DNA of 64,000 nucleotides, from positions 131,378,001 through 131,442,000 of the forward strand of contig NC_043000.1 of NCBI RefSeq assembly GCF_006345805.1. Reading direction: 5' to 3'. Each line of letters begins with the position of its first letter. The first letter of the stretch is position 1. Position numbers and translations under genes: made by a program. The DNA is from Octopus sinensis (taxonomy: Eukaryota). The notes under the pieces were generated by a model, which was not told the origin of the DNA, ran no database searches, and saw nothing but the letters and a program-made list of their open reading frames with translations. Positions 14,240 to 26,670 of the stretch are shown piece by piece.

Positions 14240-14348
14240 TCACCGTGACCGACCACGCTATCAGATGTTGCTACACATCGCTGGTCACAATGCCCTTCGC
14301 ATTATTTTACCCTTCAAATGACGCCACCCCGCTGGCTAAGCGAGCAGG

Positions 14349-14352
<4 letters not shown>
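14240..14352 (-). mobile_element. SINE 3' tail homologous to the RTE LINE 3' end
   Basis: TCACCGTGACCGACCA...CATCGCTGGTCACA matches TCACCTTGACCGACCA...CACCGCTGGTCACA at the RTE end (47783-47830); a decayed copy lies on + at about 52850-52955. Confidence 0.7.
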
Positions 14353-14387
<35 letters not shown>

Positions 14388-14717
14388 TTCGTTCATTAAA
14401 TGTGTTTTTCTATGCTAACGTAGCTTGGAGAAAATCACTTGGGACAAGATTTTACAACCGGATGCATTTCTTGTTGCCAGCCATTATGTTTTACAAGCAA
14501 AGGAGTTTTTTTGTTTTTTTAATTCCAGAGAGCTTTACAGCAACAGGTCATAATGTCATCAAGGAATGTCAACATCTCTTCATCCAACACACACATCAGG
14601 GAATGGGGAAAAGAATCTTGTGATTAAAAGCTGATTTATTAACAAATATGAAATGGAATAATTTCTTTCAATACTTATCATTAATGCTGAGGAAGTCAAG
14701 AAATAATTACCATCTTC

Positions 14718-14772
<55 letters not shown>

Positions 14773-15026
14773 GACGGGCATCTTTCAGTTTCCGTCTACC
14801 AAATCCACTCACAAGGCTTTGGTCGGCTATAGTAGAACCATGTGGTTGTTGAGCAACCTACTTACCACACGGCCACTCCTGCGCCTATTATATATATATA
14901 TATATATAAAAACTTAGATAATACTTAGATATGCTTCGACCAAAGATTGGTCCAGGCCATGTCTAACTTAATAGCACCACCTGATAGGATTATCTAAATC
15001 CTTTTTTTAAGTCAAGTTTTACTTAT

Positions 15027-15168
15027 AGTCCATTCAAGTAGCGAGTTGTATCCAGGTATGGGTGGCTTGTCTGGTATTCCTTGAAGAAACCTGTCCAGAC
15101 TGTTTAAAGGTGATGGGATCCTTTTCCTCTTTGATCAGTTTTGGGACAATGTTAAACAGGGCAGGGCC
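15027..15168 (-). pseudogene. CR1-like LINE ORF2 C-terminal fragment
   Basis: Minus strand reads GPALFNIVPKLIKEEKDPITFK, then after a frameshift LDRFLQGIPDKPPIPGYNSLLEW, the typical end of CR1-type ORF2. Confidence 0.6.
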
Positions 15169-16039
15169 TACACACACACACACACACACACACACAGGGA
15201 ATGAGAGATAGCTATGTATAATATATTATTTATAAATTAAATGTACATCTTAAGCCAGCATGGAAGGCGGGCTTTAAACGATGATGATGACTATATATGC
15301 GTATATTTTAAACTTGAAACTACTATGACATATATATACACTCAGATACACACACACACATTCATACATACAGCCAAACATAGATATAAGATTTAGCATT
15401 AGGAAGAAGGTTGTGAAGTATGACTACAAGTATAAGTGGATAATTTCACAAAATATCTCCATACTTAGGAAGTAAAATATAAATAAAACACTTGAGATCA
15501 AATTAATATTTTGAAAATTTTAAACTGGACATAGCTGCTATAATTACACACTGTATAATATCTGGGTTTTCCCAACTTCAGTCTCTTGACTAAATACGTG
15601 GGGAAAGCAAATTAAGTAATCGCTAAGAGCTTGGCTTCATGATTTAGGAAAAGGAAATAGATATCTTTTCATGTATTATTTTAGACCTTAATAATTAATT
15701 ACCGGTCAATACCATCAAACTTATAACACACACACACACACACACATGAAATAAAAAGAATAAAATAAAAGATCTTATGGATTGTTTGAATATCACTACT
15801 GACCAAGAATCGAAAAAAAAGAAAAAGATGAATGCTAATCGTTTCCAGACATTTTATGCAACACATTTTATGCAACATTCCTTTATTTGTAATGTCATTA
15901 AGTTTTCTTCCTTTATAAAATTGTCTACTTAACAAAAAAAAAAAAAAAAAAAGCTTAAGAGAGTATTAAAGAAAAAAGCTACGTGACTGCAAGTTTTCCA
16001 GGGACAGTTTTATTTCTTTTTAAATTTGAGAAGTTCTAA

Positions 16040-16660
16040 TTCCTTCCTTAAGGCAGACGTGGCGCAATTTGGGCGAGTGAGGTCAGCAATGAGTAAAACC
16101 AGTTGAATGAGAGGCGCAAACTTTGAAAAGTATTAGTCTCACGTGTTGAACAGCTAACAATGAACTAACACAAGTAACTTCCTTGTTGGGGAAGTCATTA
16201 CTTCGCATTTATTCTATTTTAAAGAATTCGTTTAATTTAATACAAAGACATCTTTTAAAAGACGAACTTAGTTTCGAGTTAAGAGTGTAGTTTGAAATGG
16301 AAAAGCTAATAAAAGTGATATGTGGAGTGTTTAGTTGCGGGTACTAGCAGATTGAAGTAAAAAAAAAAAAAGGATTTTAATAGAGATCAAACGAAACCAC
16401 TTGGCATTAGATTTTTCCGTCAACTACGCAAAGTTAAGAACAAAAATTCTGAGCTGTGTTTTGGTGAAGAGTCAGTGTTTGAGTGATGGATTGGTAGAAT
16501 TGTCAGAGAGTTGGAAAAAAAATATTCAGCTGTATTTTTTTCCCAGACGTTTTACACCAAATCCAAATTCCCGCCGGAGCCAACTTCGCCTTTTGGAGTC
16601 GATAATTACGTATCAGTCAAATACTGAGATCGATGAACTTATATCAGAGACTTATATTTT
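16040..16660. promoter_or_regulatory. candidate promoter / CpG-retaining boundary
   Basis: Non-repetitive segment where CpG density appears to rise relative to 1-16 kb; no TSS evidence. Confidence 0.25.
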
Positions 16661-17809
16661 CTAGTCAAATACTGATCTATTATATTTTTAGCCCACACTA
16701 TCCTAATTTTTTCACATGAACATTATAACAAGTAGTCCATTAAATGAAGGTTTAATGGGTTTGAAGGCAAAGTCGAAGTTGGCGAGATTTTCAGCATCGG
16801 AATTGAAACCGCAAGCTAAATAAAATGTACTCTTAAAGCATTTTTCAGACGCAATTGTCTCAAACATTGCCAATGCTTAATTTTTGGTTCAATATCTGGA
16901 GCATTCATATTGATTTTAGACATTCGAGATAATATTCAATAATGTTGTGGCTTTCCATGTCAGAAAAAAAAAAAAAGAAATTTAAAAAATAGATTAATAG
17001 TCGAATATTAGTTTCAGACATATGATTAGTAGTAATTAGCAATGTTGACACTGTACCAAAAATAAATTCTACAAGTATTCTCTAAAAGTATCTTTGAAAA
17101 GCGTATAAACAATGATGGATCCAAGCACTCGTTAATCTGGCTTTGTAATCGATATTTTTTTTCTATGATTAATAGCTATTTATTGATTTTTTTTTTACCT
17201 ATCAAAGTCAATAGACATTATGAAGAATGTATGTATATATTCATCCCCCATCTCTCACTCATTCGCAATATATATATACATCATAGGTCAGGGAAAAGAT
17301 GCACTCGTATGTCTGAATCAAACCACCTCAGGGAAACTAATTTGAGTGCTGTTCTATACTAGATGCTCGGAACAATTTGAAATACGCAGTTAAACGTTTA
17401 TCTTGGATGGAAAAATGCGAGGGAAAATAGCAAAATCCATATATGGCAAGTTTATACGTTAGCAGTTTATTTAACAAGGTAACAAAAGCAACATGATGGG
17501 AAAAACCAAGAAATAGGGCGGGAAAAGAACATTGAGGGTTGAGGTAAAAATAGATATTACATTTGTTATACAACGTACTAAAAAGTATTTATACATATAT
17601 AAGGAAGAAAATATCTAACCCCCTTCTCTCTAAACACACACATACATATATATACACTTTCATCCTTTGACAGTCGATAAAATAAGTACTAGGTAAGCAT
17701 TGGAGTCAATGCAATCGACTTAGCCCGTCTAAAATTGCTGGCCTTGCGCCAAAATTTGAGGACGTAATCTTTCATTATCTACACTCACACACATATATAT
17801 ACATACCTA

Positions 17810-17943
17810 TTCTATCTATCTAGCAACCTACCTACCTACCTATCTATCTATCTGTCGATTTATCTATCTATCTATCTATCTATATGTCTGTCGATTTATC
17901 TATCTATCTATCTATCTGTCGATTTATCTATCTATCTGTCGAT

Positions 17944-18005
<62 letters not shown>

Positions 18006-18031
18006 GTCGATTTATCTATCTATCTGTCGAT

Positions 18032-18093
<62 letters not shown>

Positions 18094-18190
18094 GTCGATT
18101 TATCTATCTATCTATCTGTCGATCTATCTATCTATCTGTCGATTTATCTATCTATCTATCTATCTATCTGTCGATCTATCTATCTATCTA
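17810..18190. repeat. (TATC)n microsatellite with recurring TGTCGAT interruptions
   Basis: Directly visible. Confidence 0.95.
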
Positions 18191-19208
18191 ATTAGACAGA
18201 TGGAGAGAAAGAAAAGGAATATTTACATAACGAGGTAAGAGGAGTGAGCTATGAGAAAAAATTGCACGTATAAATAAAATATACATTATTACATGATCAC
18301 TCAACACAATGTATCTACCATTTGATTCTGAATGGTGAACACAGGAAAAAAGGAGAAAAAATCAATAGATCCCTAAAACACACTACTAGACAGCCGTCAG
18401 ACAAATATATTGATTTCTCTAGTAAATGCAAGGTTTCACATTAATTGAAATAGGGGAATGAGATCGTGACTTTCTCAAGGGCATTAGCAAGTATGTAATG
18501 ATACAGCTGTGATCGAAAATCGAAACCCTCATTACACAACCGATTGCCACGGTATACCGCCACAATGTATTCTGTTTATCAGACGAATATATTTTCTTTC
18601 GACTAATGTACAAAGACTGAATTAGAGAAATATTCTAATTTCAAATTGCGAAAGCCATGCCTTTCTGTGGAAAAATACATTGAGATAAAAATGATCTCTT
18701 CACTAGAAAAAAACCAAGACCGGTTTGCGCCATTTTGGTGCTAGAAATATATTCACCGAACAGACAAATCTGTGCATTGCTATTTATTTCATTATCTTAA
18801 GTAAAAATTTAACCACGAAACTAAAAGAGCGAAACTATATACTGTAACGTATTTCACGATCTTTCATAGTTATGATACACCACTTTGGGTGGTCAGAGAT
18901 CTACGTAAGAGTTGAATGACACGATAGCATTTATTTCAGTTATTGAGTTAAGGGAGATCTGTTCTATGAACAGTATTCTAAAAAGAAACATGTTTCTTCA
19001 TTGTAAGATCCAACATTACTCCAGCCAATATATTACACATACACGTATATGTATGCGTGCCAAACGTTACACATGTCAAACTCAAGCATTGGGATTTTAC
19101 CGATGTTGAGATACCATTGATATATAATATTGTATATTTCGATCACCTGTGAACTAAAATCCCATACTTAGTGTGCGCGTGTGTGTATGTATATATATAT
19201 ATATATAT

Positions 19209-19345
19209 ATACATATGAAAGGAAAAAGGTGTTCACAATGCTGGATGGTGGTAAAAATATATATTTATTTACATGCGATATGTAAATAAATATATATTTT
19301 TACAACCATCCAGCATTCTGAACACCTTTTTTCTTTCATATGTAT
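19209..19345. repeat. 137-bp near-perfect palindrome (66-bp arms, 5-nt loop)
   Basis: Left arm 19209-19274 equals the reverse complement of 19280-19345 except at 3 positions. Confidence 0.95.
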
Positions 19346-19370
19346 TAAATCTGTACATCACCCACCATAC

Positions 19371-19408
<38 letters not shown>

Positions 19409-19436
19409 TCCAGCAGGGCTGCAGTAAAATGACTGA

Positions 19437-19480
<44 letters not shown>

Positions 19481-19979
19481 ATATATATATACACACACTT
19501 TTACATGTTTCAGTCATATGACTGCGGCCTTCTGGAGTGTATGTATGTATATATATATATTATATATATATATATATTATATATATATATATAAAGATAG
19601 AGAGAGAGTGAGAGAGAGATATAAATATACATGTATACAGTGTATATATATATATATAGTCACATAATGCGGAACATGAATAATACTATGAAAGAATCTA
19701 ATGTCCACGCAACATGATTTTTAATGATATTTACCGTTACAATGAAACCGGTAAATGGAGGGAAAGTAACGATAGAAGAAAGTAGAAAATAAGGATAAAT
19801 AAAGAGCGATAAGGGAGAGACTGGAGATGTTGAGGAAAGAAAATAAATATATCAAGACAATTGACGTCATTCGAGTTCCATCCCATAAAAATTGCTTCCC
19901 ATTTTAACCATTACATATATGAAGATGCGGCCGTATTCGCGCATGTTCACTTGCACATGAAGGTGCGTACGTAATGCGA

Positions 19980-20031
<52 letters not shown>

Positions 20032-20040
20032 CCACATTAT

Positions 20041-20075
<35 letters not shown>

Positions 20076-20086
20076 ATTATATATAT

Positions 20087-20147
<61 letters not shown>

Positions 20148-20169
20148 ATATATGTATATATAGATAGAG

Positions 20170-20207
20170 AGATAGGTAGATAGTCATACACCTCCACATT
20201 ATATATA

Positions 20208-20259
<52 letters not shown>

Positions 20260-20661
20260 TATATGTATAGCTAGATAGACAGATAGTCATACAAATATAT
20301 ATATATATATATATAAGTATATACGTGTTTCCCACACATGTACAAATAGATACATACACCTCCACATTATATATATGTATATATATATACACACACACAC
20401 ATATATGTATAGCTAGATAGACAGATAGTCATACAAATATATATATATATATATATAAGTATATACGTGTTTCCCACACATGTACAAATAGATACATACA
20501 CCTCCACATTATATATATGTATATATATATACACACACACACACATATATGTATAGCTAGATAGACAGATAGTCATACAAATATATATATATATAAGTAT
20601 ATACGTGTTTCCCACACATGTACAAATAGATACATACACCTTCACATTATATATATGTATA

Positions 20662-20703
<42 letters not shown>

Positions 20704-20790
20704 ATATATAATATATATATATATGTATATATATATAAGTATATACGTGTTTCCCACACATGTACAAATAGATACATACACCTCCACATT
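20170..20790. repeat. compound minisatellite, 4-5 units of about 120-140 bp
   Basis: Repeated blocks AAGTATATACGTGTTTCCCACACATGTACAAATAGATACATACACCTCCACATT and GCTAGATAGACAGATAGTCATAC separated by variable (TA)n/(CA)n. Confidence 0.9.
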
Positions 20791-21009
20791 GTGTATATAT
20801 ATATGTGTGTATGTATGTATATATATGTGTGTGTGTGTGTTTATTAATATTTAGCAGAAGTTAGAGTGGTTGATGGTCCTAGAGTTTCGTGCGTTATGAC
20901 TATAAATGCATACATAAATTATGGGGTGAATGTACGCACGCGTGTTAGATAAATTGCGCGTGGTTTTTTCGGAGTCTTTTGACTATATTCTTGAAGACAA
21001 CAGACTCTA

Positions 21010-21092
21010 CTAACATGGTTGTTCAATTATAAAACCGTTTTCTGTAACTTTGCCAAATTTTCGATAATGTATCGAACGACTATTATTTGTTG
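21010..21092 (-). CDS. putative terminal exon of an uncharacterised protein (ATNNSRSIHYRKFGKVTENGFIIEQPC*)
   Basis: Strong acceptor TTTTTTTTCTTCTCCATAG, phase 1 matching the upstream donor at 22546, stop TAG, and AATAAA about 165 nt downstream (20840-20845). Confidence 0.45.
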
Positions 21093-21235
21093 CTATGGAG
21101 AAGAAAAAAAAAAAATTCTTCCTAGATTTAGATTGTAGGGAAAGATTGTGTGACGTAGCATATTTTACTTTACCCACCCGTAAAAGCTCTCCCCACACGT
21201 GTGCGATGTGTGTATACATATATGTACATGTATAC

Positions 21236-21276
<41 letters not shown>

Positions 21277-21286
21277 TATATAATAT

Positions 21287-21320
<34 letters not shown>

Positions 21321-22175
21321 GTACATGTATACATTATATATATATATATATATATATAAACGTAGGTATGTATATATATAACTTGCATTTTCAGAGAATA
21401 TATTTAAAGGGCATCTGCATTATGTATGTAGACAATAAGACAAATTATTCTGATGGCCATTTAAAATACGTCGACCACGAAACACCCACACATCCACACA
21501 CAAAGAGAATAATATTCAATATCACGAAATCATACATATACAGACGTAGATATATATAAATATACCTACAAATACATACAGATATATGGAATCGTGTCTG
21601 ATTAGTTTTAATTGATTACACAAAGATACACATAAATGCACATGCACACAGCTAACCACACAGACAAGCACGTTTTTCTGTGCAATACACCCGAGCAGTT
21701 AATGCAACGTGAGTGCACTGATGCTGCGGGTACATCAGCACATAATTGCAGTAGAAACCAAGGTTTATAATCATTTTTTTTTTTTTGTCTTTCTGGTGTG
21801 TATATGTATGTATTTCAGAGATAGATAGCTGCCCTGATATAAGTTGCTAGTCGGGTCTTTCAGTTCATTTTGCCGGCTTCGCTTAAAGAGACTGATCACT
21901 AAAACCTAATTAACGCGTAAAGTAAAAAAAAAAGGATTATTTTTTTTTCTACCATAATTATAATTATTATTATCATAATTTCTAGTGATTATGTTAAAAA
22001 TTATTATTATTTATTACAACTAAATCTCGCTCTAGTATTTTATATTCCTATGTTCCGTCAGTTGGCGCATTGTCAGTATACTGAATTCTAAAACGCCATG
22101 CTTTTCGTTTCCCTGTTAAGTAAGGAGTTACTTGTAAGTGTTATTACAGAAGTAAACCACTAGAACAAATTATAT

Positions 22176-22217
<42 letters not shown>

Positions 22218-22545
22218 GATATATGATATAAATATATATGATATATATATATATATGATATATGATATATATATATATATATGATATATGATATATATAT
22301 ATATATAATATATATATATATTTATAACTAGAAAAAAAAATTAGGAAGCAGGTGCTTAGCTTGTGTAAGGATACATTATATTAATCTGTACAGGCTAGAA
22401 AATGAAATTGAAAAGAATCAATCAATGAAAAGTGTTAGATCGATCTAATATATATTTTTTTTTGGCAGATTATATATATAATGTATATATACATATATAT
22501 GTATATATTGTCAAATGAGCTGGGGGTTTTCTTTGATTTACCCAC

Positions 22546-22747
22546 CATTAGATTTTTTGCCCTCTGGTTGTCCGTTGTCCCCAGCGTTCCCCCGCACGTC
22601 GGCTTTCTCTTCGTGTTGATTCCGCGCCTGCGGCTGTGCACTTGACAACTCGTTCTCCGCGTTCAGGGGATCGTTGACGCTGTAATCGGGGGGGCACTCG
22701 TCAACCAGGACAGGAACCCCCGGCGCAGGAACCATTTCGGTGGGTAC
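22546..22747 (-). CDS. putative internal exon (VPTEMVPAPGVPVLVDECPPDYSVND...GKKSN)
   Basis: GC-rich open frame in AT-rich surroundings, TGCAG acceptor in phase 0 matching the upstream donor, donor G|GTGGGT; contains a PPDY (PPxY-type) motif. Confidence 0.65.
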
Positions 22748-23215
22748 CTGCATCATTTATGATCACAGATTAACAGCTTCTCACCACATCTCACCACATT
22801 ATTATAAATCATGTAAACAAAACAATACACGTTTATTTTTATAAATTAAAAAAAGAAAAAAGAAAAGAAACTAATCTGTAAAAAAAGAATAAAAGAGAAA
22901 ACATTATAAATACGGGGGAAACGCAATAATATATAATACAAGACAAAAAATATCTGTTGCGTTTTTTTTTAATCTCAAAGAAAAATAGCATATAATTAAG
23001 AGAGCATATATATATATTGTATATATATAGTGGTGACATTATAGGTAGATATGTTTGACTAAAGACTAGAAAATATATGCATATATATGTAGCTTTTTTA
23101 TTATTTTTTTTATATCTTTGTCTATTGTTTTAATAAATTATATATCTAAATTGTAGCTCAAAGGAAAGAGTGAGGAAATAAAATAGTAGAATTAATATAG
23201 GAGTGTTATACTTAC

Positions 23216-23380
23216 CTCTACTTCGATTAGATACGGGTTGTCTTTGGTCAGTTTATTAATTTTATTTTGCTGACAAGTGTCGCCGGTAGTTGCCAACGAA
23301 TTTGGACGTATGTGGAGTCGGTCAGCTTCAAGTCTGCGGTGTTCTGGCTTTACAGAACTTGACACTAACAAGGAACCCAT
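23216..23380 (-). CDS. putative exon (MGSLLVSSSVKPEHRR...NPYLIEVE); may begin at acceptor 23393 rather than this ATG
   Basis: Open frame ending at a perfect donor GAG|GTAAGT in phase 0; candidate acceptor TTGTTCGTCTATCAG just upstream. Confidence 0.6.
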
Positions 23381-23480
23381 GTTAACACGACGGCTGATAG
23401 ACGAACAACTACATCGATTTACTTTCCTAACGATCCGTCCCACTTCAATAGGCTCCACCCACTATTTTTCAAACAACACT

Positions 23481-23662
23481 ATCGTGCGCATGCCGGGCAA
23501 AATGCTGAGATCCGTCTTTACGTTCTGAGTAAAGCTGAGGTTGACTTTGTCTTTCATCCTTTCAGACTCGGTAAAATAAGTAACTAGTTGAGTACTGAAA
23601 TTGATGTAGTCGACTTAGCCATTTCCCCGAAATTGCTGGCCTTGTGCCAAAATTTGAAACCA
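23481..23662 (+). mobile_element. decayed SINE family B copy
   Basis: CTTTCATCCTTTCAGACTCGGTAAAATAAGTAACTAG core and AAATTGCTGGCCTTGTGCCAAAATTTG tail, the latter shared with 17690-17760. Confidence 0.65.
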
Positions 23663-24609
23663 ATATTAAGAAATACAGGTAGAAATACATTATATCAATT
23701 TGAGAATCGAAATTACAAGTTATATAAAATCTAATTCAACGTTGTAATGTTTATTTATTCACAATTTATTTATTTATTATTAAACGAAGTTTTTGTATAA
23801 CAAAATATTTTTACGAATAGAACAGAGAGATAATTTTTAGAAGTATAAATAACCGACAAAAAAAAAACCCGCAGAATTATTTGAACAAAGGGAAAAAGAA
23901 AAAAGAGGAGGGCGGGAAATTTGAAGATCAGAACAAGAGCTTGTGTGTGGGTGTACGCGCGCGCATATGTTTATATATATATATACACACCATTCATATA
24001 TAGAATGTATATAAATTCACATACGAATGATGTATATGTATATGTACATACATATATGTGTGTACACACACACACATACACACACATATATCACTCTGTG
24101 ATACAAGTACCTATATATATATCACATACATATAGATAAATATATATATATAGACGGACAGACAAATAAATCGATTGATACATATTTACTAGTATACGTG
24201 TATATATATGCACGCATGTTATGTTATGCGTGTGTGTGTGAGAGAGAGAGTGGACATATATCTATGATGGCTCAGAATTGTATGTGTATATATCTCCGAT
24301 GGCTCAGTGTGTCGCTATCCAAAGTTGTTTTTTTTTCCTTCCTATCTCATCAACTCGACCTGCTAGAAAGAGTAATAAAATCTACCTTAAATCACTTTAT
24401 TCTCATTTTTAAGAAAAACATAAAACAGGAGAACACATTGGATTTATTGGGCTTGTCTCTGTTTATATGTAATAAAAACACGTTTACATTTACTGAGCTG
24501 GAACTTGAAGGATTCCCTCTTTTTACGCTTTAGAACAATCACATTCTTACACTTATTTATATTCAAGATCTTCACAGTCTTAACTTCTAAATGTGTCCTC
24601 CAAATCTCA

Positions 24610-25010
24610 TTTACTTTTCGCTATAGCAACGGGACCGGGTTCCTATGTAACTAACGGGTAACGAAAAGCAACAAGTGAACTCGGAGATTATGGGTTTTTT
24701 TTTTTTTTTTGCTGCCGGAATCGCTTCCTTTCGTTTTCTAATGTCACCGAAAACTGAATTAATAATTTTCCATCACAACTTATTCTGCTCTACGAATCTG
24801 TAACAACATCGTCTTTGTTTTGTAGTTATCTGTTATGATTTAAGCGGATTGATTCGTTATGCGTCGGGACTCGAGGCAGTTGCGCGCCTTTACGATCTTT
24901 GTTTATATAACCGTCGAGGCGCCTACGTTACCTGTCCGCGATCGATAAAATAGGAATCAGTGGAGTAACGAAGCTAATGTAATCTGTTATAAGCTTTCCC
25001 AACGTTTGAG
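24610..25010. promoter_or_regulatory. CpG-rich unique segment, candidate promoter or 5' exon
   Basis: High CpG density in non-repeat sequence about 1.3 kb upstream of the minus-strand exons; no direct TSS evidence. Confidence 0.25.
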
Positions 25011-26268
25011 GCCTTATACCTACTTACCTAAGAAATCTATATTTTATATGGTACAATAACGGCTGCTTAGTTTTAAAAAGTTTCATGTCAATCATGTATT
25101 TTCAAAAGTTCTCCGGCAATTTTCTTTCCTGTAAATAAAGTGTCTATGATAATTTAAGAGTTTGCCAGCAAAATCTTATAAAATGACAATGTTCTAAAAG
25201 AAAGAAAAAAACCCCTGATATACTATTTAATACATCTGCAGATGATGTTTTTTTTTTCTTCTTCTATGTTGTACTGGATTGATATAATCATAATCTACTT
25301 TAAACAATAAATGCATTTTGTTTTTGGATTTGGTTTGCAAGATTCTTTATATGAGTTCGTGTGTTGAAGCATATTCTGTTGTGTCTGGGGAGAGTCATTT
25401 TCTTTTTGTGCCTTATTATTTAACACACTCACCGCTAAAATTTCCACTTTTTTCTTATTTTTATTTTCCTAAAATTTTCGTTGCGTCTTGCAACCTTTTC
25501 AATAGTCTTGAGTATTTTACCGGTGAGTGTTTTATTATAAGGCACAAAAAGAAAATGACTCTCCCCAGACACAACACAATAAATGCATCTTTTACAACTA
25601 AGGTATTTACAATTACCTTTTTCGTTGTTTTTTGTCTTTATATATATTTTTTTAATATTTTGTGTACATGCATGTGATTGTGCTAATGTGTTGTGTATGT
25701 GTGTATATGTGCGCGCGCATTTTTACTAAAATGTGATTACACAATATCTTTCACAGAGAATAATTATCTCAGAGACGGCATCTGCATCAAAAACAACAGG
25801 GAAGTTAGAACTATCGTATCTAATGCTTATGAAAGGGCTTATGAAAGAGTGAGGCGAGTTCAGCGAGTGTATTAGTCCAGGGTTTGGAAATCTGTGAAGA
25901 GTCTCCTTGGATTCATGACAAGAGTAGGATCTCCCATTTCCGAGAGGTAGAAGGAAAGCAGCTTTGTTTTGTCATGCAGAATTGCATTTAGAGACCCGGA
26001 GGGCAGGTTGGGAGAGGGGCATCAAAAAACAGTTAACTAGAAACGAAAGATCACCTGAAGAATCGCTACCCTTCAGACAGAATGCTATTTCAGGTGAGCT
26101 TAGGATAAAGTTCAGAACACTGAAGCATCACATCGATGCATCATCATCCACAACAGCAGCGCCATTACCAGTGCCAAAATTAAGGCCATCTTTATAGCAC
26201 CAATACCATCATCATTACTACCTCCATCGCCACTTCCAACAATAGCATCGGCACGACGGCACTACTAC

Positions 26269-26670
26269 CTATTTCTTTGCTACCCACAAGGGGCTAAACA
26301 TAGAGGGGACAAACAAGGACAGACAAACGGATTAAGTCGATTATATCGATCCCAGTGCGTAACTGGTACTTATTTAATCGACCCCGAAAGGATAAAAGGC
26401 AAAGTCGACCTCAGCGGAATTTGAACTCAGAACATAGCGGCAGACGAAATACCTATTTCTTTACTACCCACAAGGGGCTAAACACAGAGAGGATAGACAA
26501 ACGGATTAAGTCGATTATATCGACCCCAGTGCGTAACTGGTACTTTATTTATCGACCCCGAAAGGATGAAAGGCAAAGTTGACCTCGGCGGAATTTGAAC
26601 TTAGAACGTAGCGGCAGACGAAATACCGCTAAGCATTTCGCCCGGCGTGCTAACGTTTCTGCCAGCTCGC
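26269..26670 (-). mobile_element. SINE family B dimer
   Basis: One head plus two body units; 12-bp TSD CGGCACTACTAC at 26257-26268 and 26671-26682. Confidence 0.9.

Noticed and set aside
19890-19962. Protein-like reading [24 protein letters not shown] ending at AAG|GTGCGT
   Set aside because: No acceptor or partner exon was found and no family was recognised.
25020-25045. Second AG|GTAAGT motif on the minus strand
   Set aside because: The pyrimidine tract is weak and the motif is compatible with chance.
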